The notes beneath the pieces are model-generated. The model did no database searches and had not been told where the DNA came from. It was given only the letters and a program-made list of their open reading frames with translations. From Eledone cirrhosa (Eukaryota), in NCBI GenBank assembly GCA_964016885.1, contig OZ024746.1:53010001-53074000 (forward strand): DNA of 64,000 nucleotides, in the 5' to 3' direction. Position numbers and translations under genes: made by a program. This document shows positions 1 to 11,399 of this stretch, piece after piece (position 1 is the stretch's first letter; each line of letters starts with the position of its first letter).

Positions 1-2615
1 TGTTGTTGTTGTTGTTATTGTAGTTAGTGGTTGCTGTGATGGTAGTGTTGTTGTTGTTATTGTAGTTAGTGGTTTCTGAGATGGTAGTGTTGTTGTTGTT
101 GTTATTGTAGTTAGTGGTTGCTGAGATGGTAGTGTTGTTGTTGGTTTTATTGTAGTTAGTGGTTGCTGAGATGGTAGTGTTGTTGTTGTTACTGTAGTTA
201 GTGGTTGCTGAGATGGTAGTGTTGTTGTTGTTGTTATTGTAGTTAGTGGTTGCTGTGATGGTAGTGTTGTTGTTGTTACTGTAGTTAGTGGTTGCTGAGA
301 TGGTAGTGTTGTTGTTGTTGTTATTGTAGTTAGTGGTTGCTGAGATGGTAGTGTTGTTGTTGTTGTTATTGTAGTTAGTGGTTTCTGTGATGGTAGTATT
401 GTTGTTGTTGTTATTGTAGTTAGTGGTTGCTGAGATGGTAGTGTTGTTATTGTTGTTATTGTAGTTAGTGGTTGCTGAGATGGTAGTGTTGTTGTTGTTG
501 TTATTGTAGTTAGTGGTTTCTGTGATGGTAGTATTGTTGTTGTTGTTATTTTAGTTAGTGGTTGCTGTGATGGTAGTGTTGTTGTTGTTGTTATTGTAGT
601 TAGTGGTTGCTGACATGGTAGTGTTGTTGTTGTTGTTATTGTAGTTAGAGGTTGCTGAGATGGTAGTGTTGTTGTTGTTGTTATTGTAGTTAGTGGTTTC
701 TGTGATGGTAGTATTGTTGTTGTTGTTATTGTAGTTAGTGGTTGCTGTGATGGTAGTGTTGTTGTTGTTATTGTAGTTAGAGGTTGCTGAGATGGTAGTG
801 TTGTTGTTGTTGTTATTGTAGTTAGAGGTTGCTGAGATGTTAGTGTTGTTGTTGTTGTTATTGTAGTTAGAGGTTGCTGAGATGGTAGTGTTGTTGTTGT
901 TATTGTAGTTAGTGGTTGTTGTGATGGTAGTGTTGTTGTTGTTGTTGTAGTTAGTGATTGTTGTGATGGCAGTGTTGTTGTTGTTGTTGTAGTTAGTGGT
1001 TGTTGTGATGGTAGTGTTGTTGTTGTTATTGTAGTTAGTGGTTGCTGAGATGGTAGTGTTGTTGTTGTTATTGTAGTTAGTGGTTGTTGTGATGGTAGTG
1101 TTGTTGTTGTTGTTGTAGTTAGTGGTTGATGTGATGGTAGTGTTGTTGTTGTTATTGTAGTTAGTGGTTGTTGTGATGGTAGTGTTGTTGTTGTTGTTGT
1201 AGTTAGTGGCTGAGGTGATGGCAGTGTTGTTCTTGTTATTGTAGTTAGTTGTTGTTGTGATGGTAGTGCTGTTGTTGTTGTTGTAGTTAGTGGTTGGTGT
1301 GATGGTAGTGTTGTTTTTGTTGTTGTAGTTAGTGGTTGCTGAGATGGTAGTGTTGTTATTGTTATTGTAGTTAGTGGTTGTTGTGATGGTAGTGTTGTTG
1401 TTGTTGTTGTAGTTAGTCGTTGTTGTGATGGTAGTGTTGTTGTTATTGTTATTGTAGTTAGAGGTTGCTGTGATGGTAGTGTTGTTGTTGTTATTGTAGT
1501 TAGTGGTTGCTGAGATGGTAGTGTTGTTGTTGTTTTTATTGTAGTTAGTGGTTGCTGAGATGGTAGTGTTGTTGTTGTTATTGTAGTTAGTGGTTTCTGT
1601 GATGGTAGTGTTGTTGTTGTTATTGTAGTTAGTGGTTGCTGAGATGGTAGTGTTGTTGTTGTTGTTATTGTAGTTAGTGGTTGCTGAGATGGTAGTGTTG
1701 TTGTTGTTGTTATTGTAGTTAGTTGTTGCTGAGATGGTAGTGTTGTTGTTGTTGTTATTGTAGTTAGTGGTTGCTGTGATGGTAGTGTTGTTGTTGTTAT
1801 TGTAGTTAGTGGTTGCTGAGATGGTAGTGTTGTTGTTGTTGTTATTGTAGTTAGTGGTTTCTGTGATGGTAGTGTTGTTGTTGTTATTCTAGTTAGTGGT
1901 TGCTGTGATGGTAGTGTTGTTGTTGTTGTTATTGTAGTTAGTGGTTTCTGTGATGGTAGTGTTGTTGTTGTTGTTATTGTAGTTAGTGGTTGCTGTGATG
2001 GTAGTGTTGTTGTTGTTATTGTAGTTAGTGGTTGATGAGATGGTAGTGTTGTTGTTGTTGTTATTGTAGTTAGTGATTTCTGTGATGGTAGTGTTGTTGT
2101 TGTTGTTATTGTAGTTAGTGGTTGCTGTGATGGTAGTATTGTTGTTGTTATTCTAGTTAGTGTTTGCTGTGATGGTAGTGTTGTTGTTGTTGTTATTGTA
2201 GTTAGTGGTTTCTGTGATGGTAGTGTTGTTGTTGTTATTGTAGTTAGTGGTTGCTGAGATGGTAGTGTTGTTGTTGTTGTTATTGTAGTTAGTGGTTGCT
2301 GAGATGGTAGTGTTGTTGTTGTTGTTATTGTAGTTAGTGGTTGCTGTGATGGTAGTGTTGTTGTTGTTGTTATTGTAGTTAGAGGTTGCTGAGATGGTAG
2401 TGTTGTTATTGTTGTTATTGAAGTTAGTGGTTGCTGAGATGGTAGTGTTGTTGTTGTTGCTATTGTAGTTAGAGGTTGCTGAGATGGTAGTGTTGTTGTT
2501 GTTGTTGTTATTGTAGTTAGTGGTTGCTGTGATGGTAGTGTTGTTGTTATTATTCTAGTTTGTGGTTGCTGTGATGGTAGTGTTGTTGTTGTTATTGTAG
2601 TAAGAGGTTGCTGTA

Positions 2616-5600
2616 ATGGTAGTGTTGTTGTTGTTGTTATTGTAGTTAGTGGTTGCTGTTATGGTAGTGTTGTTGTTGTTATTCTAGTTAGTGGATGTTG
2701 TGATGGTAGTGTTGTTGTTGTTGTTATTGTAGTTAGTGGTTTCCGTGATGGTAGTGTTGTTGTTGTTATTATAGTTAGTGGTTGCTGTTATGGTAGTGTT
2801 GTTGTTGTTATTGTAGTTAGTGGGTGCTGTGATGCTAGTGTTGTTGTTATTGTTATTGTAGTTAGTGGTTGTTGTGATGGTAGTGTTGTTGTTATTATTC
2901 TAGTTAGTGGTTGTTGTGATGGTAGTGTTGTTGTTGTTGTTGTAGTTAGTGGATGTTGTGATGGTAGTGTTGTTGTTGTTGTTGTAGTTAGTGGTTGATG
3001 TGATGGTAGTGTTGTTATTGTTATTGTAGTTAGTGGTTGTTGTGATGGTAGTGTTGTTGTTGTTGTTGTAGTTAGTGGTTGATGTGATGGTAGTGTTGTT
3101 GTTGTTATTGTAGTTAGTGGTTTCTGTGATGGTAGTGTTGTTGTTGTTATTGTAGTTAGTGGTTGCTGAGATGGTAGTGTTGTTGTTGTTGTTATTGTAG
3201 TTAGAGGTTGCTGAGATGGTAGTGTTGTTGTTGTTATTCTTCTTAGTGGTTGCTGTGTTGGTAGTGTTGTTGTTGTTATTGTAGTTAGTGGTTGCTGAGA
3301 TGGTAGTGTTGTTGTTGTTGTTATTGTAGTTAGTTGTTGCTGAGATGGTAGTGTTGTTGTTGTTGTTATTGTAGTTAGTGGTTGCTCTGATGGTAGTGTT
3401 GTTGTTGTTATTGTAGTTAGTGGTTGCTGAGATGCTAGTGTTGTTGTTGTTGTTATTGTAGTTAGTGGTTTCTGTGATGGTAGTGTTGTTGTTGTTATTG
3501 TAGTTAGTGGTTGCTGAGATGGTAGTGTTGTTGTTGTTGTTATTGTAGTTAGTGGTTGCTGAGATGCTAGTGTTGTTGTTGTTGTTATTGTAGTTAGTGG
3601 TTTCTGTGATGGTAGTGTTGTTGTTGTTATTCTAGTTAGTGGTTGCTGTGATGGTAGTGTTGTTGTTGTTGTTATTGTAGTTAGTGGTTTCTGTGATGGT
3701 AGTGTTGTTGTTGTTGTTATTGTAGTTAGTGGTTGCTGTGATGGTAGTGTTGTTGTTGTTATTGTAGTTAGTGGTTGCTGAGATGGTAGTGTTGTTGTTG
3801 TTGTTTTTGTAGTTAGTGGTTTCTGTGATGGTAGTGTTGTTGTTGTTGTTATTGTAGTTAGTGGTTGCTGTGCTGGTAGTGTTGTTGTTGTTATTCTAGT
3901 TAGTGTTTGCTGTGATGGTAGTGTTGTTGTTGTTGTTATTGTAGTTAGTGGTTTCTGTGATGGTAGTGTTGTTGTTGTTATTGTAGTTAGTGGTTGCTGA
4001 GATGGTAGTGTTGTTTATGTTGTTATTGTAGTTAGTGGTTGCTGTGATGGTAGTGTTGTTGTTGTTGTTATTGTAGTTAGAGGTTGCTGAGATGGTAGTG
4101 TTGTTGTTGTTGTTATTGAAGTTAGTGGTTGCTGAGATGATAGTGTTGTTGTTGTTGTTATTGTAGTTAGAGGTTGCTGAGATGGTAGTGTTGTTGTTGT
4201 TGTTATTGTAGTTAGTGGTTGCTGTGATGGTAGTGTTGTTGTTATTATTGTAGTTAGAGGTTGCTGAGATGGTAGTGTTGTTGTTGTTATTCTAGTTAGT
4301 GTTGTTGTGATGGTAGTGTTGTTGTTGTTGTTATTGTAGTTAGTGGTTGCTGTTATGGTAGTGTTGTTGTTGTTATTCTAGTTAGTGGATGTTGTGATGG
4401 TAGTGTTGTTGTTGTTGTTATTGTAGTTAGTGGTTTCCGTGATGGTAGTGTTGTTGTTGTTATTATAGTTAGTGGTTGCTGTTATGGTAGTGTTGTTGTT
4501 GTTATTGTAGTTAGTGGGTGCTGTGATGCTAGTGTTGTTGTTATTGTTATTGTAGTTAGTGGTTGTTGTGATGGTAGTGTTGTTGTTATTATTCTAGTTA
4601 GTGGTTGTTGTGATGGTAGTGTTGTTGTTGTTGTTGTAGTTAGTGGATGTTGTGATGGTAGTGTTGTTGTTGTTGTTGTAGTTAGTGGTTGATGTGATGG
4701 TAGTGTTGTTATTGTTATTGTAGTTAGTGGTTGTTGTGATGGTAGTGTTGTTGTTGTTGTTGTAGTTAGTGGTTGATGTGATGGTAGTGTTGTTGTTGTT
4801 ATTGTAGTTAGTGGTTTCTGTGATGGTAGTGTTGTTGTTGTTATTGTAGTTAGTGGTTGCTGAGATGGTAGTGTTGTTGTTGTTGTTATTGTAGTTAGAG
4901 GTTGCTGAGATGGTAGTGTTGTTGTTGTTATTCTTCTTAGTGGTTGCTGTGTTGGTAGTGTTGTTGTTGTTATTGTAGTTAGTGGTTGCTGAGATGGTAG
5001 TGTTGTTGTTGTTGTTATTGTAGTTAGTTGTTGCTGAGATGGTAGTGTTGTTGTTGTTGTTATTGTAGTTAGTGGTTGCTCTGATGGTAGTGTTGTTGTT
5101 GTTATTGTAGTTAGTGGTTGCTGAGATGCTAGTGTTGTTGTTGTTGTTATTGTAGTTAGTGGTTTCTGTGATGGTAGTGTTGTTGTTGTTATTGTAGTTA
5201 GTGGTTGCTGAGATGGTAGTGTTGTTGTTGTTGTTATTGTAGTTAGTGGTTGCTGAGATGCTAGTGTTGTTGTTGTTGTTATTGTAGTTAGTGGTTTCTG
5301 TGATGGTAGTGTTGTTGTTGTTATTCTAGTTAGTGGTTGCTGTGATGGTAGTGTTGTTGTTGTTGTTATTGTAGTTAGTGGTTTCTGTGATGGTAGTGTT
5401 GTTGTTGTTGTTATTGTAGTTAGTGGTTGCTGTGATGGTAGTGTTGTTGTTGTTATTGTAGTTAGTGGTTGCTGAGATGGTAGTGTTGTTGTTGTTGTTT
5501 TTGTAGTTAGTGGTTTCTGTGATGGTAGTGTTGTTGTTGTTGTTATTGTAGTTAGTGGTTGCTGTGCTGGTAGTGTTGTTGTTGTTATTCTAGTTAGTGT

Positions 5601-6080
5601 TTGCTGTGATGGTAGTGTTGTTGTTGTTGTTATTGTAGTTAGTGGTTTCTGTGATGGTAGTGTTGTTGTTGTTATTGTAGTTAGTGGTTGCTGAGATGGT
5701 AGTGTTGTTTATGTTGTTATTGTAGTTAGTGGTTGCTGTGATGGTAGTGTTGTTGTTGTTGTTATTGTAGTTAGAGGTTGCTGAGATGGTAGTGTTGTTG
5801 TTGTTGTTATTGAAGTTAGTGGTTGCTGAGATGATAGTGTTGTTGTTGTTGTTATTGTAGTTAGAGGTTGCTGAGATGGTAGTGTTGTTGTTGTTGTTAT
5901 TGTAGTTAGTGGTTGCTGTGATGGTAGTGTTGTTGTTATTATTGTAGTTAGAGGTTGCTGAGATGGTAGTGTTGTTGTTGTTATTCTAGTTAGTGTTGTT
6001 GTGATGGTAGTGTTGTTGTTGTTGTTATTGTAGTTAGTGGTTGCTGTTATGGTAGTGTTGTTGTTGTTATTCTAGTTAGT
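2616..6080. repeat. Recent tandem higher-order duplication, period 1694 bp (about 2 copies)
   Basis: Rare variants recur exactly 1694 bp apart: GTGGATGTTG at 2691/4385 and the 1-bp deletion TTAGTGTTGTTGTG at 4301/5995. TTCTTCTTAG and GTTTATGTT also occur once in each copy. Boundaries are approximate. Confidence 0.9.
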
Positions 6081-9000
6081 GGTTGCTGTGATGGTAGTGT
6101 TGTTGTTGTTGTTATTGTAGTTAGTGGTTTCCGTGATGGTAGTGTTGTTGTTGTTATTATAGTTAGTGGTTGCTGTTATGGTAGTGTTGTTGTTGTTATT
6201 GTAGTTAGTGGGTGCTGTGATGCTAGTGTTGTTGTTATTGTTATTGTAGTTAGTGGTTGTTGTGATGGTAATGTTGTTGTTGTTGTTGTAGTTAGTGGTT
6301 GATGTGATGGTAGTGTTGTTATTGTTATTGTAGTTAGTGGTTGTTGTGATGGTAGTGTTGTTGTTGTTGTTGTAGTTAGTGGTTGATGTGATGGTAGTGT
6401 TGTTGTTGTTATTGTAGTTAGTGGTTTCTCTGATGGTAGTGTTGTTGTTGTTATTGTAGTTAATGGTTGCTGAGATGGTAGTGTTGTTGTTGTTTTCATT
6501 GTAGTTAGTGGTTGCTGTGATGGTAGTGTTGTTGTTGTTACTGTAGTTAGTGGTTGCTGAGATGGTAGTGTTGTTGTTGTTGTTATTGTAGTTAGTTGTT
6601 TCTGTGATGGTAGTGTTGTTGTTGTTATTATTGTAGTTAGTGGTTGCTGTGATGGTAGTGTTGTTGTTGTTATTCTAGTTAGTGGTTGCTGTGATGGTAG
6701 TGTTGTTGTTGTTGTTATTGTAGTTAGTGGTTGCTGAGATGGTAGTTTTGTTGTTGTTGTTGTTGTAGTTAGTGGTTGCTGAGATGGTAGTGTTGTTGTT
6801 GTTGTTATTGTAGTTAGTGATTGCTGTGATGGTAGTGTTGTTGTTGTTGTTATTGTAGTTAGATGTTGCTGAGATGGTAGTGTTGTTGTTGTTGTTATTG
6901 TAGTTAGTGGTTGCTGAAATGGTAGTGTTGTTGTTGATGTTATTGTAGTTAGAGGTTGCTGAGATGGTAGTGTTGTTGTTGTTGTTATTGTAGTTAGTGA
7001 TTGATGTGATGGTAGTGTTGTTGTTGTTGTTATTGTAGTTAGATGTTGCTGAGATGGTAGTGTTTTTGTTGTTGTTATTGTAGTTAGTGATTGCTGTGAT
7101 GGTAGTGTTGTTGTTGTTGTTATTGTAGTTAGATGTTGCTGAGATGGTAGTGTTGTTGTTGTTGTTATTGTAGTTAGTGGTTGCTGAGATGGTAGTGTTG
7201 TTGTTATTGTAGTTAGAGATTGCTGAGATGGTAGTGTTGTTGTTGTTGTTATTGTAGTTAGTGGTTGCTGTGATGGTAGTGTTGTTGTTGTTGTTATTGT
7301 AGTTAGAGGTTGCTGAGATGGTAGTGTTGTTGTTGTTGTTATTCTAGTTAGTGGTTGCTGTGATGGTAGTGTTGTTGTTGTTGTTATTGTAGTTAGAGGT
7401 TGCTGAGATGGTAGTGTTGTTGTTGTTGTTGTTATTGTAGTTAGTGGTTGCTGAGATGGTAGTGTTGTTGTTGTTGTTATTGTAGTTAGAGGTTGCTGAG
7501 ATGGTAGTGTTGTTGTTGTTGTTATTCTTGTTAGTGGTTGCTGTGTTGGTAGTGTTGTTGTTGTTATTGTAGTTAGTGGTTGCTGAGATGGTAGTGTTGT
7601 TGTTGTTGTTATTGTAGTAAGTTGTTGCTGAGATGGTAGTGTTGTTGTTGTTGTTATTGTAGTTAGTGGTTGCTGTGATGGTAGTGTTGTTGTTGTTATT
7701 GTAGTTAGTGGTTGCTGAGATGGTAGTGTTGTTGTTGTTGTTATTGTAGTTAGTGGTTTCTGTGATGGTAGTGTTGTTGTTGTTGTTATTGTTATTGTAG
7801 TTAGTGGTTGTTGTGATGGTAGTGTTGTTGTTGTTATTCTAGTTAGTGGTTGCTGTGATGGTAGTGTTGTTGTTGTTGTTATTGTAGTTAGTGGTTGCTG
7901 TGATGGTAGTGTTGTTGTTGTTATTGTAGTTAGTGGTTGCTGAGATGGTAGTGTTGTTGTTGTTGTTATTGTAGTTAGTGGTTGCTGAGATGGTAGTGTT
8001 GTTGTTGTTATTCTAGTTAGTGGTTGCTGTGATGGTAGTGTTGTTGTTGTTATTCTAGTTAGTGGTTGCTGTGATGGTAGTGTTGTTGTTGTTGTTATTG
8101 TAGTTAGTGGTTGCTGTGATGGTAGTGTTGTTGTTGTTATTGTAGTTAGTGGTTGCTGAGATGGTAGTGTTGTTGTTGTTGTTATTGTAGTTAGTGGTTG
8201 CTGAGATGGTAGTGTTGTTGTTGTTATTGTAGTTAGTGGTTGCTGAGATGGTAGTGTTGTTGTTGTTGTTATTGTAGTTAGTGGTTGCTGAGATGGTAGT
8301 GTTGTTGTTGTTATTCTAGTTAGTGGTTGCTGTGTTGGTAGTGTTGTTGTTGTTATTGTAGTTAGTGGTTGCTGAGATGGTAGTGTTGTTGTTGTTGTTA
8401 TTGTAGTTAGTTGTTGCTGAGATGGTAGTGTTGTTGTTGTTGTTATTGTAGTTAGTGGTTGCTCTGATGGTAGTGTTGTTGTTGTTATTGTAGTTAGTGG
8501 TTGCTGAGATGCTAGTGTTGTTGTTGTTGTTATTGTAGTTAGTGGTTTCTGTGATGGTAGTGTTGTTGTTGTTATTGTAGTTAGTGGTTGCTGAGATGGT
8601 AGTGTTGTTGTTGTTGTTATTGTAGTTAGTGGTTGCTGAGATGCTAGTGTTGTTGTTGTTGTTATTGTAGTTAGTGGTTTCTGTGATGGTAGTGTTGTTG
8701 TTGTTATTCTAGTTAGTGGTTGCTGTGATGGTAGTGTTGTTGTTGTTGTTATTGTAGTTAGTGGTTTCTGTGATGGTAGTGTTGTTGTTGTTGTTATTGT
8801 AGTTAGTGGTTGCTGTGATGGTAGCGTTGTTGTTGTTATTGTAGTTAGTGGTTGCTGAGATGGTAGTGTTGTTGTTGTTGTTTTTGTAGTTAGTGGTTTC
8901 TGTGATGGTAGTGTTGTTGTTGTTGTTATTGTAGTTAGTGGTTGCTGTGCTGGTAGTGTTGTTGTTGTTATTCTAGTTAGTGTTTGCTGTGATGGTAGTG

Positions 9001-11100
9001 TTGTTGTTGTTGTTATTGTAGTTAGTGGTTTCTGTGATGGTAGTGTTGTTGTTGTTATTGTAGTTAGTGGTTGCTGAGATGGTAGTGTTGTTTATGTTGT
9101 TATTGTAGTTAGTGGTTGCTGTGATGTTAGTGTTGTTGTTGTTGTTATTGTAGTTAGAGGTTGCTGAGATGGTAGTGTTGTTGTTGTTGTTATTGAAGTT
9201 AGTGGTTGCTGAGATGATAGTGTTGTTGTTGTTGTTATTGTAGTTAGAGGTTGCTGAGATGGTAGTGTTGTTGTTGTTGTTATTGTAGTTAGTGGTTGCT
9301 GTGATGGTAGTGTTGTTGTTATTATTGTAGTTAGAGGTTGCTGAGATGGTAGTGTTGTTGTTGTTATTCTAGTTAGTGTTGTTGTGATGGTAGTGTTGTT
9401 GTTGTTGTTATTGTAGTTAGTGGTTGCTGTTATGGTAGTGTTGTTGTTGTTATTCTAGTTAGTGGTTGCTGTGATGGTAGTGTTGTTGTTGTTGTTATTG
9501 TAGTTAGTGGTTTCCGTGATGGTAGTGTTGTTGTTGTTTTTATAGTTAGTGGTTGCTGTTATGGTAGTGTTGTTGTTGTTATTGTAGTTAGTGGGTGCTG
9601 TGATGCTAGTGTTGTTGTTATTGTTATTGTAGTTAGTGGTTGTTGTGATGGTAATGTTGTTGTTGTTGTTGTAGTTAGTGGTTGATGTGATGGTAGTGTT
9701 GTTATTGTTATTGTAGTTAGTGGTTGTTGTGATGGTAGTGTTGTTGTTGTTGTTGTAGTTAGTGGTTGATGTGATGGTAGTGTTGTTGTTGTTATTGTAG
9801 TTAGTGGTTTCTCTGATGGTAGTGTTGTTGTTGTTATTGTAGTTAATGGTTGCTGAGATGGTAGTGTTGTTGTTGTTTTCATTGTAGTTAGTGGTTGCTG
9901 TGATGGTAGTGTTGTTGTTGTTACTGTAGTTAGTGGTTGCTGAGATGGTAGTGTTGTTGTTGTTGTTATTGTAGTTAGTTGTTTCTGTGATGGTAGTGTT
10001 GTTGTTGTTATTATTGTAGTTAGTGGTTGCTGTGATGGTAGTGTTGTTGTTGTTATTCTAGTTAGTGGTTGCTGTGATGGTAGTGTTGTTGTTGTTGTTA
10101 TTGTAGTTAGTGGTTTCTGTGATGGTAATGTTGTTGTTGTTATTGTAGTTAGTGGTTGCTGAGATGGTAGTTTTGTTGTTGTTGTTGTAGTTAGTGGTTG
10201 CTGAGATGGTAGTGTTGTTGTTGTTGTTATTGTAGTTAGTGATTGCTGTGATGGTAGTGTTGTTGTTGTTTTTATTGTAGTTAGATGTTGCTGAGATGGT
10301 AGTGTTGTTGTTGTTGTTATTGTAGTTAGTGGTTGCTGAAATGGTAGTGTTGTTGTTGATGTTATTGTAGTTAGAGGTTGCTGAGATGGTAGTGTTGTTG
10401 TTGTTATTGTAGTTAGATGTTGCTGAGATGGTAGTGTTTTTGTTGTTGTTATTGTAGTTAGTGATTGCTGTGATGGTAGTGTTGTTGTTGTTGTTATTGT
10501 AGTTAGATGTTGCTGAGATGGTAGTGTTGTTGTTGTTGTTATTGTAGTTAGTGGTTGCTGAGATGGTAGTGTTGTTGTTATTGTAGTTAGAGATTGCTGA
10601 GATGGTAGTGTTGTTGTTGTTGTTATTGTAGTTAGTGGTTGCTGTGATGGTAGTGTTGTTGTTGTTGTTATTGTAGTTAGAGGTTGCTGAGATGGTAGTG
10701 TTGTTGTTGTTGTTATTCTAGTTAGTGGTTGCTGTGATGGTAGTGTTGTTGTTGTTGTTATTGTAGTTAGAGGTTGCTGAGATGGTAGTGTTGTTGTTGT
10801 TGTTGTTATTGTAGTTAGTGGTTGCTGAGATGGTAGTGTTGTTGTTGTTGTTATTGTAGTTAGAGGTTGCTGAGATGGTAGTGTTGTTGTTGTTGTTATT
10901 CTTGTTAGTGGTTGCTGTGTTTGTAGTGTTGTTGTTGTTATTGTAGTTAGTGGTTGCTGAGATGGTAGTGTTGTTGTTGTTGTTATTGTAGTAAGTTGTT
11001 GCTGAGATGGTAGTGTTGTTGTTGTTGTTATTGTAGTTAGTGGTTGCTGTGATGGTAGTGTTGTTGTTGTTATTGTAGTTAGTGGTTGCTGAGATGGTAG
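4940..11100. repeat. Higher-order duplication, offset about 3383 bp (about 4940-7730 copied at about 8320-11100)
   Basis: Identical 107-aa ORFs at 6176 and 9559 (offset 3383), a shared 1-bp deletion at 5995/9378, and TGTGTTGGTA at 4948/8331. Downstream markers (GCTGAAATGG, GTAAGTTGTT) are shared, with small monomer gains and losses shifting the offset. Confidence 0.85.
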
Positions 11101-11399
11101 TGTTGTTGTTGTTGTTATTGTAGTTAGTGGTTGCTGAGATGGTAGTGTTGTTGTTGTTATTCTAGTTAGTGGTTGCTGTGATGGTAGTGTTGTTGTTGTT
11201 ATTCTAGTTAGTGGTTGCTGTGATGGTAGTGTTGTTGTTGTTGTTATTGTAGTTAGTGGTTGCTGTGATGGTAGTGTTGTTGTTGTTATTGTAGTTAGTG
11301 GTTGCTGAGATGGTAGTGTTGTTGTTGTTGTTATTGTAGTTAGTGGTTGCTGAGATGGTAGTGTTGTTGTTGTTGTTATTGTAGTTAGTGGTTTCTGTG

